This document shows positions 23,174 to 39,957 of a stretch of 64,000 bases of DNA, one piece after another. Under the pieces are notes generated by a model. That model ran no database searches. It saw only the letters and a list, made by a program, of their open reading frames with translations, and had not been told where the DNA came from. The position numbers and the translations under genes are program-made. Every line of letters begins with the position of its first letter. The first letter of the stretch is position 1. The DNA lies in NCBI RefSeq assembly GCF_055900595.2, contig NZ_CM148325.1; one strand, written 5' to 3'.

Positions 23174-23969
23174 ACCTAATATCCTTATATCCAGAAGTGG
23201 AGAGGTGCAAGATAAATCAAAACACCATAATTACTGTTTGCAGAATAATTCCTTTCTGCCGGTCCGAAATGTGATCGTGGAGTCAATTCTGACGATGATC
23301 TGAAATAAGAATAACGTCTGAACGGGTATAAGAAAATGCTTAAATCATCAAGTTTATATATTTTTACATTTCATTGATGAAATCAATGTAACTGCAATGA
23401 ATTTTAATGATAGCGCTTTTTGTATCTTGTTGATATTAATCAATGAATTTGAATTCATGATGAAGTGATGATTTTATAAAACGTTTTTTCATTTTTGCGA
23501 GATGGCTCTCATTATACGTGTTCTGTTAATTAATGAGCACAGTGATAATTAATGGCGAAATGAATGACGTACATTTTCCACATCTTTGAGTTGCGGTTAT
23601 TACACCATTTCAAAAACTCAACGCCAGGTAATGCGGCCTATTGACTGGTTAAAAAGAAGACATCCCGCATGGGTACCAAAGACAACAAGGATTTCCAGGC
23701 TAATCTTATGGATTAATCTGCTGTGCATTCGACAATTTGTCTGACAAATTGGCTTTCCCTTATGTCTTTTCCCGCTAAATTTATGCACGTTCTCACTGTA
23801 ATTCTGCGATGTGATATTGCTCTCCTATGGAGAATTAATTTCTCGCTAAAACTATGTCAACACGGTCACTTATCTTTTAGTTAAAAGGTAATGCTTTGTT
23901 TTCCGATTAATTTAACGAATGTCATTCGTTTTTGCCCTACACAAAACGACACTAAAGCTGGAGAGAACC

Positions 23970-24959
23970 ATGCACAAATTTACTAAAGCCCTGGCAGCCA
24001 TTGGTCTGGCAGCCGTTATGTCACAATCCGCTATGGCGGAGAACCTGAAGCTCGGTTTTCTGGTGAAGCAACCGGAAGAGCCGTGGTTCCAGACCGAATG
24101 GAAGTTTGCCGATAAAGCCGGGAAGGATTTAGGGTTTGAGGTTATTAAGATTGCCGTGCCGGATGGCGAAAAAACATTGAACGCGATCGACAGCCTGGCT
24201 GCCAGTGGCGCAAAAGGTTTCGTTATTTGTACTCCGGACCCCAAACTCGGCTCTGCCATCGTCGCGAAAGCGCGTGGCTACGATATGAAAGTCATTGCCG
24301 TGGATGACCAGTTTGTTAACGCCAAAGGTAAGCCAATGGATACCGTTCCGCTGGTGATGATGGCGGCGACTAAAATTGGCGAACGTCAGGGCCAGGAACT
24401 GTATAAAGAGATGCAGAAACGTGGCTGGGATGTCAAAGAAAGCGCGGTGATGGCGATTACCGCCAACGAACTGGATACCGCCCGCCGCCGTACTACGGGA
24501 TCTATGGATGCGCTGAAAGCGGCCGGATTCCCGGAAAAACAAATTTATCAGGTACCTACCAAATCTAACGACATCCCGGGGGCATTTGACGCTGCCAACT
24601 CAATGCTGGTTCAACATCCGGAAGTTAAACATTGGCTGATCGTCGGTATGAACGACAGCACCGTGCTGGGCGGCGTACGCGCGACGGAAGGTCAGGGCTT
24701 TAAAGCGGCCGATATCATCGGCATTGGCATTAACGGTGTGGATGCGGTGAGCGAACTGTCTAAAGCACAGGCAACCGGCTTCTACGGTTCCCTGCTGCCA
24801 AGCCCGGACGTACATGGCTATAAATCCAGCGAAATGCTTTACAACTGGGTAGCAAAAGACGTTGAACCGCCAAAATTTACCGAAGTTACCGACGTGGTAC
24901 TGATCACGCGTGACAACTTTAAAGAAGAACTGGAGAAAAAAGGTTTAGGCGGTAAGTAA
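23970..24959 (+). CDS. araF: L-arabinose ABC transporter periplasmic binding protein AraF
   Basis: Track ORF 23919..24959 trimmed to ATG 23970 (MHKFTKALAAIGLAAVMSQSAMA signal peptide) with GGAGAG SD; matches K-12 AraF (329 aa). Confidence 0.95.
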   Translation: MHKFTKALAAIGLAAVMSQSAMAENLKLGFLVKQPEEPWFQTEWKFADKAGKDLGFEVIKIAVPDGEKTLNAIDSLAASGAKGFVICTPDPKLGSAIVAKARGYDMKVIAVDDQFVNAKGKPMDTVPLVMMAATKIGERQGQELYKEMQKRGWDVKESAVMAITANELDTARRRTTGSMDALKAAGFPEKQIYQVPTKSNDIPGAFDAANSMLVQHPEVKHWLIVGMNDSTVLGGVRATEGQGFKAADIIGIGINGVDAVSELSKAQATGFYGSLLPSPDVHGYKSSEMLYNWVAKDVEPPKFTEVTDVVLITRDNFKEELEKKGLGGK

Positions 24960-25028
24960 TTTGCCGGAAAAATTCCCCTCTGCATGATGCAGAGGGGGTG
25001 TGAACGACCAGTGATTCACGGAGACGTT

Positions 25029-26543
25029 ATGCAACAGTCTACCCCGTATCTCTCATTTCGCGGCATCGGTAAAACGTTTCCCGGCGTTAAGGCGCTGACG
25101 GATATTAGTTTTGACTGCTATGCCGGTCAGGTTCATGCGTTGATGGGTGAAAATGGCGCAGGAAAATCAACTCTCTTAAAAATCCTCAGCGGCAACTATG
25201 CGCCAACCACGGGTTCTGTAGTGATTAATGGGCAGGAAATGTCCTTTTCCGACACGACCGCAGCACTTAACGCGGGCGTGGCGATTATTTACCAGGAACT
25301 GCATCTCGTGCCGGAAATGACCGTCGCGGAAAACATCTATCTCGGCCAGCTGCCGCATAAAGGCGGCATTGTGAATCGCTCATTGCTGAATTATGAGGCG
25401 GGTTTACAACTTAAACATCTTGGTATGGATATTGACCCGGACACGCCGCTGAAATATCTCTCCATTGGTCAGTGGCAGATGGTTGAAATCGCCAAAGCGC
25501 TGGCGCGTAACGCCAAAATTATCGCCTTTGATGAGCCAACCAGCTCCCTCTCTGCCCGTGAAATCGACAATCTTTTCCGCGTTATTCGTGAACTGCGAAA
25601 AGAGGGGCGGGTGATCTTATACGTTTCTCACCGTATGGAAGAAATATTTGCCCTCAGCGATGCCATTACTGTCTTTAAAGATGGACGTTATGTCAAAACC
25701 TTTACCGATATGCAGCAGGTTGACCACGACGCGCTGGTGCAGGCGATGGTCGGGCGCGACATTGGCGATATCTACGGCTGGCAACCGCGTAGTTATGGCG
25801 AGGAGCGCCTACGTCTTGATGCTGTGAAAGCACCAGGCGTGCGTACGCCAATAAGTCTGGCGGTTCGCAGTGGTGAAATTGTTGGGCTGTTTGGTCTGGT
25901 AGGGGCGGGGCGTAGCGAATTAATGAAAGGCATGTTTGGCGGGACGCAAATCACCGCCGGTCAGGTTTATATCGACCAACAGCCGATCGATATTCGTAAA
26001 CCGAGCCACGCCATTGCCGCAGGCATGATGCTCTGCCCGGAAGATCGCAAAGCGGAAGGCATTATTCCCGTGCACTCCGTTCGCGACAATATCAACATCA
26101 GTGCCAGACGTAAACATGTGCTCGGCGGTTGTGTAATCAACAACGGTTGGGAAGAAAACAATGCCGATCACCACATTCGTTCGCTCAACATCAAAACGCC
26201 GGGCGCGGAGCAACTGATCATGAATCTCTCAGGCGGAAATCAGCAAAAAGCCATTCTGGGCCGCTGGTTATCGGAAGAGATGAAGGTCATTTTGCTGGAT
26301 GAACCTACGCGCGGCATTGATGTTGGCGCTAAGCACGAAATATATAACGTAATTTATGCGCTGGCGGCGCAGGGCGTGGCGGTGCTGTTTGCCTCCAGCG
26401 ACTTACCTGAAGTCCTCGGCGTTGCCGACCGGATTGTGGTGATGCGGGAAGGTGAAATCGCCGGTGAATTGTTACACGAGCAGGCAGATGAGCGTCAGGC
26501 ACTGAGCCTTGCGATGCCTAAAGTCAGCCAGGCTGTTGCCTGA
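25029..26543 (+). CDS. araG: L-arabinose ABC transporter ATP-binding protein AraG
   Basis: Track ORF 24984..26543 trimmed to ATG 25029 ([10 protein letters not shown]...); two ABC cassettes; matches K-12 AraG (504 aa). Confidence 0.95.
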
Positions 26544-26557
26544 GTAAGGAGAGTATG

Positions 26558-29910
<3,353 letters not shown>

Positions 29911-29916
29911 GAGCGG

Positions 29917-30345
29917 TTAATCACCCGTAAGTGGAACTAACAGCACATCGACCTCACTTGAGGCAATCACTCTTTTCGCCGAGCAGGATGCTCGCGAAAA
30001 GAAACTGTGATTGTGATTACCGCAAATCACCAAATCGAAATGATGTTTGTGACATACTTCCAGAATATGTTCGCTTAACTCACCGTAGGCAATAAACGTC
30101 TTGTCAACGGGATACCCCGCATCCTGAATTAACTTATCAAGAAAGCTTTGCGTTTCTTCTTGCATCACGCTGCGTAAATCTTCAAGCATCGGCGCGGCTA
30201 ATTGATTGTACATTTCCGGGTCGGAAGCGAGAGTAATTAAACTGATGTGTCCCTTTACTGGCCTGGCGATAGATACCGCTTTTGCCAGCAGTTGCTGACT
30301 TTCCGGTGTAACCGCAACAGCGACAAGAATATTGCTATAGCTCAT
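29917..30345 (-). CDS. uspC: Universal stress protein C (UspC/YecG)
   Basis: Track ORF 142 aa; matches K-12 UspC. Confidence 0.9.
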   Translation of the reverse strand: MSYSNILVAVAVTPESQQLLAKAVSIARPVKGHISLITLASDPEMYNQLAAPMLEDLRSVMQEETQSFLDKLIQDAGYPVDKTFIAYGELSEHILEVCHKHHFDLVICGNHNHSFFSRASCSAKRVIASSEVDVLLVPLTGD

Positions 30346-30848
30346 AACCTGTTCCTTATTCTGTGAACTTCAGGTGACATTAAAGCTTTACTCCTAATGG
30401 AGAAACGACGCAATCCCAACTCGGTCAAACAGGTAAATATTAGTCTGATTATTAGTAAAGACAATTAATCAATCACTCCCGGTGATCATATAATTTCAAA
30501 TGTAATTATAAGAAAATAGTGTACTGATTCTCCGCATTAAACAAGTGGTTAATATATGTAAAACATTTCATTTAACATTATGTTGATTGTTGCCTTTCTT
30601 TGTATTTAATTAGTTTGTTGTGCGGTAAGTGTCTGTTTAAAAATAGCTTATCTGGTATTGCATGAAAGTGATTATTTATAGCAGATGATTATTTACGGTG
30701 AGTTATTTTAACTGTGCGCAACATCCCATTTCGATTATTCCTGTTTCATTTTTGCTTGCTAGCGTAGCGAAAAACTTTTTAACAGATTGAAATACACCCA
30801 AAACAAAAGTATGACTTATACATTTATGTTAAGTAATTGAGTGTTTTG

Positions 30849-30864
30849 TGTGATCTGCATCACA
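30849..30864 (+). promoter_or_regulatory. CRP binding site of the flhDC class-1 promoter
   Basis: TGTGA-TCTGCA-TCACA, perfect CRP half-sites about 270 nt upstream of the flhD ATG; the surrounding 780-bp AT-rich region 30346..31124 is the flhDC regulatory region. Confidence 0.8.
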
Positions 30865-31124
30865 CATTATTGAAAATCGCAGCCCCCCTCCGTTGTATGT
30901 GCGTGTAGTGACGAGTACAGTTGCGTCGATTTAGGAAAAATCTTAGATAAGTGTAAAGACCCCCTTCTATTTGTAAGGACTTATTAAACCAAAAAGGTGG
31001 CTCTGCTTATTGCAGCTTATCGCAACTATTCTAATGCTAATTATTTTTACCGGGGCTTCCCGGCGACATCACAGGGTGCGGTGAAACCGCATAAAAATAA
31101 AGTTGGTTATTCTGGGTGGGAATA

Positions 31125-31475
31125 ATGCATACCTCCGAGTTGCTGAAACACATTTATGACATCAACTTGTCATATTTACTACTTGCACAGCGTCTGATTG
31201 TTCAGGACAAAGCGTCCGCTATGTTTCGTCTCGGCATAAATGAAGAAATGGCGACAACATTAGCGGCACTGACTCTTCCGCAAATGGTTAAGCTGGCAGA
31301 AACCAATCAGCTGGTTTGTCACTTCCGTTTTGACAGCCACCAGACGATTACTCAGTTGACGCAAGATTCCCGCGTTGACGATCTCCAGCAAATTCATACC
31401 GGCATCATGCTCTCAACACGCTTGCTGAATGATGTTAATCAGCCTGAAGAAGCGCTGCGCAAGAAAAGGGCCTGA
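31125..31475 (+). CDS. flhD: Flagellar master regulator subunit FlhD
   Basis: Track ORF 31116..31475 trimmed to ATG 31125 ([20 protein letters not shown]...); matches K-12 FlhD (116 aa). Confidence 0.95.
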
Positions 31476-31477
31476 TC

Positions 31478-32056
31478 ATGAGTGAAAAAAGCATTGTTCA
31501 GGAAGCGCGGGATATTCAGCTGGCAATGGAATTGATCACCCTGGGCGCTCGTTTGCAGATGCTGGAAAGCGAAACACAGTTAAGTCGCGGACGCCTGATA
31601 AAACTTTATAAAGAACTGCGCGGAAGCCCACCGCCGAAAGGCATGCTGCCATTCTCAACCGACTGGTTTATGACCTGGGAACAAAACGTTCATGCTTCGA
31701 TGTTCTGTAATGCATGGCAGTTTTTACTGAAAACCGGTTTGTGTAATGGCGTCGATGCGGTGATCAAAGCCTACCGTTTATACCTTGAACAGTGCCCACA
31801 AGCAGAAGAAGGACCACTGCTGGCATTAACTCGTGCCTGGACATTGGTGCGGTTTGTTGAAAGTGGATTACTGCAACTTTCCAGCTGCAACTGCTGCGGC
31901 GGCAATTTTATTACCCACGCTCACCAGCCTGTTGGCAGCTTTGCCTGCAGCTTATGTCAACCGCCATCCAGGGCAGTAAAAAGACGTAAACTTTCCCAGA
32001 ATCCTGCCGATATTATCCCACAACTGCTGGATGAACAGAGAGTACAGGCTGTTTAA
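31478..32056 (+). CDS. flhC: Flagellar master regulator subunit FlhC
   Basis: Track ORF 192 aa; zinc-binding cysteines (CNCCGG...CSLC); matches K-12 FlhC. Confidence 0.95.
31987..32013 (+). promoter_or_regulatory. sigma28 promoter of motAB-cheAW, located inside the flhC 3' coding region
   Basis: TAAACTTT-N11-GCCGATAT, about 170 nt upstream of the motA GTG and 43 nt before the flhC stop. Confidence 0.75.
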
Positions 32057-32114
32057 CTGATACGGTGAGGCGCAACATTCCAGCAGCGGTAACGACGTAC
32101 CGCTGCTTTTTTTT
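32020..32114 (+). ncRNA. Candidate MotR-like sRNA from the motA 5' UTR (sigma28 promoter to intrinsic terminator)
   Basis: Promoter at 31987-32013 is followed about 70 nt later by AGCAGCGG...CCGCTGCT hairpin plus TTTTTTTT (32082..32114), which also terminates flhDC; ends are approximate and rest on published MotR descriptions as recalled. Confidence 0.4.
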
Positions 32115-32182
32115 GCCCCAATCGCGCGTTAACGCCTGACGACTGAACATCCTGTCATGGTCAACAGTGGAAGGATGATGTC

Positions 32183-33066
32183 GTGCTTATCTTATTAGGT
32201 TACCTGGTTGTTCTCGGTACAGTTTTCGGCGGTTATTTGATGACCGGTGGAAGCCTTGGAGCACTCTATCAACCCGCTGAACTGGTGATTATTGCCGGTG
32301 CAGGGATTGGGTCGTTTATCGTCGGCAATAATGGCAAAGCGATTAAAGGCACGCTGAAGGCGCTGCCGTTGCTGTTTCGTCGCTCCAAATACACCAAAGC
32401 AATGTATATGGATCTGCTGGCTCTGCTTTATCGGTTGATGGCAAAATCGCGGCAGATGGGGATGTTTTCGCTGGAACGTGATATTGAAAATCCCCGTGAG
32501 AGCGAGATCTTCGCCAGCTACCCACGCATCCTCGCGGATAGCGTCATGCTTGATTTTATCGTCGATTATCTGCGCCTGATTATCAGCGGTCACATGAACA
32601 CCTTCGAAATCGAAGCCCTGATGGATGAAGAGATTGAGACGCACGAAAGCGAGGCAGAAGTCCCGGCGAACAGTCTGGCGCTGGTCGGGGACTCACTTCC
32701 GGCGTTTGGTATTGTTGCGGCTGTAATGGGGGTCGTTCACGCGTTAGGTTCAGCCGATCGTCCTGCCGCCGAGCTGGGTGCGCTTATCGCACATGCGATG
32801 GTGGGGACTTTCCTCGGCATTTTATTGGCTTACGGATTTATTTCCCCATTAGCGACTGTTTTACGTCAGAAAAGCGCCGAAACCAGCAAAATGATGCAGT
32901 GCGTCAAAGTCACTCTGCTTTCTAATCTGAACGGTTACGCACCGCCTATCGCCGTTGAGTTTGGTCGCAAAACGCTCTATTCCAGCGAACGTCCGTCGTT
33001 TATTGAACTGGAAGAGCATGTGCGTGCGGTGAAAAATCCGCAACAACAGACGACAACCGAGGAAGC

Positions 33067-33070
<4 letters not shown>
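32183..33070 (+). CDS. motA: Flagellar motor stator protein MotA
   Basis: Track ORF 295 aa, GTG start; matches K-12 MotA. Confidence 0.95.
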
Positions 33071-35962
<2,892 letters not shown>

Positions 35963-35982
35963 ATGAGTAAAAAGGTAACAAT

Positions 35983-36486
35983 ATGACCGGTATGACGAAT
36001 GTAACAAAGCTGGCCAGCGAGCCGTCAGGCCAGGAATTTCTGGTATTTACCCTTGGTGATGAAGAGTACGGTATTGATATCCTGAAAGTGCAGGAGATCC
36101 GTGGCTACGATCAGGTAACACGGATTGCGAACACGCCAGCGTTTATCAAAGGCGTCACGAATCTGCGCGGCGTTATTGTGCCGATTGTTGACTTACGAAT
36201 TAAGTTCAGCCAGGTGGATGTGGACTATAACGACAACACGGTAGTTATCGTCCTGAATCTCGGACAGCGGGTGGTCGGCATCGTGGTTGACGGCGTCTCA
36301 GACGTGCTTTCATTGACGGCGGAGCAAATTCGTCCGGCACCGGAATTTGCCGTGACGCTTTCAACAGAATATCTCACTGGACTGGGCGCACTGGGCGACC
36401 GGATGTTGATTCTGGTGAACATCGAAAAACTGCTGAACAGCGAAGAGATGGCGCTGTTAGATAGCGCGGCGTCAGAAGTGGCGTAA
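35983..36486 (+). CDS. cheW: Chemotaxis coupling protein CheW
   Basis: Track ORF 167 aa; matches K-12 CheW. Confidence 0.95.
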
Positions 36487-36513
36487 TTCTCCCGATTTCC
36501 TCAATTGAAATGA

Positions 36514-36542
36514 ACCCGATGATCTGCGCATCGGGTTTTTTA
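36514..36542 (+). terminator. Rho-independent terminator of motAB-cheAW
   Basis: ACCCGATG...CATCGGGT hairpin followed by TTTTTT. Confidence 0.85.
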
Positions 36543-36572
36543 TTTCAATTTCGCGGCGGGTGGCATCAGCAA

Positions 36573-36599
36573 TAAAGTTTCCCCCCTCCTTGCCGATAA
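36573..36599 (+). promoter_or_regulatory. sigma28 promoter of tar-tap-cheRBYZ
   Basis: TAAAGTTT-N11-GCCGATAA, an exact match to the sigma28 consensus, about 30 nt upstream of the tar ATG. Confidence 0.9.
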
Positions 36600-36630
36600 C
36601 GAGATCAACTTGTTTTCAGGAAGGTGCCTT

Positions 36631-38292
36631 ATGATTAACCGTATCCGCGTAGTCACGCTGTTGGTAATGGTGCTGGGGGTATTCGCACTGTTACAGCTTA
36701 TTTCCGGCAGTCTGTTTTTTTCTTCCCTTCACCATAGCCAGAAGAGCTTTGTGGTTTCCAATCAATTACGGGAACAGCAGGGCGAGCTGACGTCAACCTG
36801 GGATTTAATGCTGCAAACGCGCATTAACCTGAGTCGTTCAGCGGTACGGATGATGATGGATTCCTCCAATCAACAAAGTAACGCCAAAGTTGAATTGCTC
36901 GATAGCGCCAGGAAAACATTGGCGCAGGCAGCGACGCATTATAAAAAATTCAAAAGCATGGCACCGTTACCTGAAATGGTCGCTACCAGTCGTAATATTG
37001 ATGAAAAATATAAAAACTATTACACAGCGTTAACTGAACTGATTGATTATCTAGATTATGGCAATACTGGAGCTTATTTCGCTCAGCCAACCCAGGGAAT
37101 GCAAAATGCAATGGGCGAAGCGTTTGCTCAGTACGCCCTCAGCAGTGAAAAACTGTATCGCGATATCGTCACTGACAACGCAGATGATTACCGATTTGCC
37201 CAGTGGCAACTGGCGGTTATCGCGCTGGTGGTGGTATTGATTCTGCTGGTGGCGTGGTACGGCATTCGCCGTATGTTGCTTACTCCGCTGGCAAAAATTA
37301 TTGCTCACATTCGCGAAATCGCCGGTGGTAACCTGGCGAATACCCTGACCATTGACGGGCGCAGTGAAATGGGCGACCTGGCGCAGAGCGTTTCACATAT
37401 GCAACGCTCTTTGACTGACACCGTCACTCATGTCCGCGAAGGTTCAGATGCCATCTATGCCGGTACCCGTGAAATTGCGGCGGGCAACACCGATCTTTCC
37501 TCCCGTACTGAACAGCAGGCATCCGCGCTGGAAGAAACTGCCGCCAGCATGGAGCAGCTCACCGCGACAGTGAAGCAAAACGCCGATAACGCCCGCCAGG
37601 CCTCGCAACTGGCGCAAAGTGCCTCCGACACCGCCCAGCACGGCGGCAAAGTGGTGGATGGCGTAGTGAAAACGATGCATGAGATCGCCGATAGTTCGAA
37701 GAAAATTGCCGACATTATCAGCGTTATCGACGGTATTGCCTTCCAGACTAATATCCTCGCGCTGAATGCCGCGGTTGAAGCCGCGCGTGCGGGTGAACAG
37801 GGCCGTGGTTTTGCCGTGGTGGCGGGTGAAGTGCGTAATCTTGCCAGTCGCAGCGCCCAGGCGGCAAAAGAGATCAAAGCCCTCATTGAAGACTCCGTCT
37901 CACGCGTTGATACCGGTTCGGTGCTGGTCGAAAGCGCCGGGGAAACAATGAACAATATCGTCAATGCTGTCACTCGCGTGACTGACATTATGGGCGAGAT
38001 TGCATCGGCATCGGATGAACAGAGCCGTGGCATCGATCAAGTCGCATTGGCGGTTTCGGAAATGGATCGCGTCACGCAACAGAACGCATCGCTGGTGCAG
38101 GAATCAGCTGCCGCCGCCGCTGCGCTGGAAGAACAGGCGAGTCGTTTAACGCAAGCGGTTTCCGCGTTCCGTCTGGCAGCCAGCCCACTCACCAATAAAC
38201 CGCAAACACCATCCCGTCCTGCCAGTGAGCAACCACCGGCACAGCCACGACTGCGAATTGCTGAACAAGATCCAAACTGGGAAACATTTTGA
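36631..38292 (+). CDS. tar: Methyl-accepting chemotaxis protein II (Tar, aspartate/maltose)
   Basis: Track ORF 36610..38292 trimmed to ATG 36631 ([11 protein letters not shown]...); C-terminal NWETF pentapeptide; matches K-12 Tar (553 aa). Confidence 0.95.
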   Translation: MINRIRVVTLLVMVLGVFALLQLISGSLFFSSLHHSQKSFVVSNQLREQQGELTSTWDLMLQTRINLSRSAVRMMMDSSNQQSNAKVELLDSARKTLAQAATHYKKFKSMAPLPEMVATSRNIDEKYKNYYTALTELIDYLDYGNTGAYFAQPTQGMQNAMGEAFAQYALSSEKLYRDIVTDNADDYRFAQWQLAVIALVVVLILLVAWYGIRRMLLTPLAKIIAHIREIAGGNLANTLTIDGRSEMGDLAQSVSHMQRSLTDTVTHVREGSDAIYAGTREIAAGNTDLSSRTEQQASALEETAASMEQLTATVKQNADNARQASQLAQSASDTAQHGGKVVDGVVKTMHEIADSSKKIADIISVIDGIAFQTNILALNAAVEAARAGEQGRGFAVVAGEVRNLASRSAQAAKEIKALIEDSVSRVDTGSVLVESAGETMNNIVNAVTRVTDIMGEIASASDEQSRGIDQVALAVSEMDRVTQQNASLVQESAAAAAALEEQASRLTQAVSAFRLAASPLTNKPQTPSRPASEQPPAQPRLRIAEQDPNWETF

Positions 38293-38337
38293 CGAGTATT
38301 TACTAACGCGGTCATTGCCGCCTGATGGGGAGCGTTG

Positions 38338-39939
38338 ATGTTTAATCGTATTCGAATTTCGACCACGCTGTTTTTAATTTTGATTCTCTGCGGGATCTTG
38401 CAGATTGGCAGTAACGGCATGTCTTTTTGGGCATTTCGCGACGATTTGCAACGACTGAATCAGGTCGAGCAGAGCAATCAGCAACGTGCGGCATTAGCGC
38501 AAACTCGGGCGGTAATGTTACAGGCCAGTACCGCGCTGAACAAAGCGGGCACTCTGACGGCACTTAGCTATCCGGCGGATGACATTAAAACGTTGATGAC
38601 GACGGCGCGCGCCAGTCTGACGCAATCCACCACGCTGTTTAAAAGTTTTATGGCGATGACTGCGGGCAACGAGCACGTCAGGGCATTGCAAAAAGAGACG
38701 GAGAAAAGTTTTGCCCGCTGGCACAACGATCTCGAACATCAGGCGACCTGGCTTGAAAGTAATCAACTTTCGGATTTCCTCACTGCGCCGGTGCAGGGAT
38801 CACAGAATGCGTTTGACGTTAACTTTGAGGCCTGGCAGCTGGAGATCAACCATGTGCTGGAAGCCGCCAGTGCGCAAAGCCAGCGTAACTATCAGATTTC
38901 GGCACTGGTGTTTATCAGCATGATTATTGTTGCGGCGATCTACATCAGCAGTGCGCTGTGGTGGACGCGCAAGATGATTGTTCAACCACTGGCCATTATC
39001 GGTAGCCATTTTGACAGCATTGCTGCGGGTAATCTGGCGCGTCCGATTGCGGTATATGGTCGTAATGAGATCACCGCCATTTTTGCCAGTCTGAAGACCA
39101 TGCAGCAGGCTTTGCGTGGGACGGTAAGTGATGTGCGTAAGGGAAGCCAGGAGATGCACATTGGTATCGCGGAGATTGTCGCAGGCAATAACGATCTCTC
39201 AAGTCGTACCGAACAGCAGGCGGCATCGCTGGCACAAACGGCCGCCAGTATGGAGCAATTAACCGCCACGGTAGGGCAAAACGCCGATAACGCACGACAG
39301 GCGTCGGAACTGGCAAAAAATGCCGCGACAACGGCGCAGGCGGGCGGTGTTCAGGTCAGTACCATGACTCACACCATGCAGGAGATCGCCACCAGCTCGC
39401 AAAAAATTGGCGACATTATCAGCGTTATCGACGGAATTGCTTTCCAGACCAATATTCTGGCCCTGAATGCAGCAGTGGAAGCGGCTCGCGCCGGAGAGCA
39501 GGGGCGTGGTTTTGCGGTAGTGGCAGGTGAAGTGCGCAATCTTGCCAGCCGTAGCGCGCAGGCAGCAAAAGAGATCAAAGGGCTGATCGAAGAGTCAGTC
39601 AATCGTGTCCAGCAGGGTTCGAAACTGGTGAATAACGCCGCCGCGACCATGATCGATATTGTCAGTTCGGTGACCCGCGTGAACGACATTATGGGAGAAA
39701 TTGCCTCTGCGTCGGAAGAACAACAGCGGGGGATTGAGCAGGTTGCACAGGCTGTCAGCCAGATGGATCAGGTGACTCAGCAGAACGCCTCGCTGGTAGA
39801 AGAAGCGGCGGTGGCAACGGAACAACTGGCGAATCAGGCCGACCATCTTTCGTCGCGTGTGGCGGTATTTACCCTTGAAGAATATGAAGTAGCACGACAT
39901 GAGTCGGTGCAGTTACAAATTGCGCCAGTGGTATCCTGA
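38338..39939 (+). CDS. tap: Methyl-accepting chemotaxis protein IV (Tap, dipeptide/pyrimidine)
   Basis: Track ORF 38335..39939; matches K-12 Tap (533 aa); paralogue of tar. Confidence 0.93.
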   Translation: MFNRIRISTTLFLILILCGILQIGSNGMSFWAFRDDLQRLNQVEQSNQQRAALAQTRAVMLQASTALNKAGTLTALSYPADDIKTLMTTARASLTQSTTLFKSFMAMTAGNEHVRALQKETEKSFARWHNDLEHQATWLESNQLSDFLTAPVQGSQNAFDVNFEAWQLEINHVLEAASAQSQRNYQISALVFISMIIVAAIYISSALWWTRKMIVQPLAIIGSHFDSIAAGNLARPIAVYGRNEITAIFASLKTMQQALRGTVSDVRKGSQEMHIGIAEIVAGNNDLSSRTEQQAASLAQTAASMEQLTATVGQNADNARQASELAKNAATTAQAGGVQVSTMTHTMQEIATSSQKIGDIISVIDGIAFQTNILALNAAVEAARAGEQGRGFAVVAGEVRNLASRSAQAAKEIKGLIEESVNRVQQGSKLVNNAAATMIDIVSSVTRVNDIMGEIASASEEQQRGIEQVAQAVSQMDQVTQQNASLVEEAAVATEQLANQADHLSSRVAVFTLEEYEVARHESVQLQIAPVVS

Positions 39940-39957
39940 AGTGATTGAGAAGGCGCT

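Noticed and set aside
30346-31124. Possible IS element upstream of flhD, as in some K-12 stocks
   Set aside because: The interval is only 780 bp with no transposase ORF or terminal inverted repeats.
37455-38033. 192-aa alanine/serine-rich ORF on the minus strand
   Set aside because: Antisense to the GC-rich signalling domain of tar; low-complexity translation; a similar shadow ORF sits opposite tap (39369..39689).
36631-39939. Long near-identical nucleotide stretches shared by two adjacent regions (for example 37711-37800 versus 39411-39500)
   Set aside because: These are the conserved signalling domains of the tandem paralogues tar and tap, not a mobile or CRISPR repeat; no short regularly spaced repeats exist in the window.
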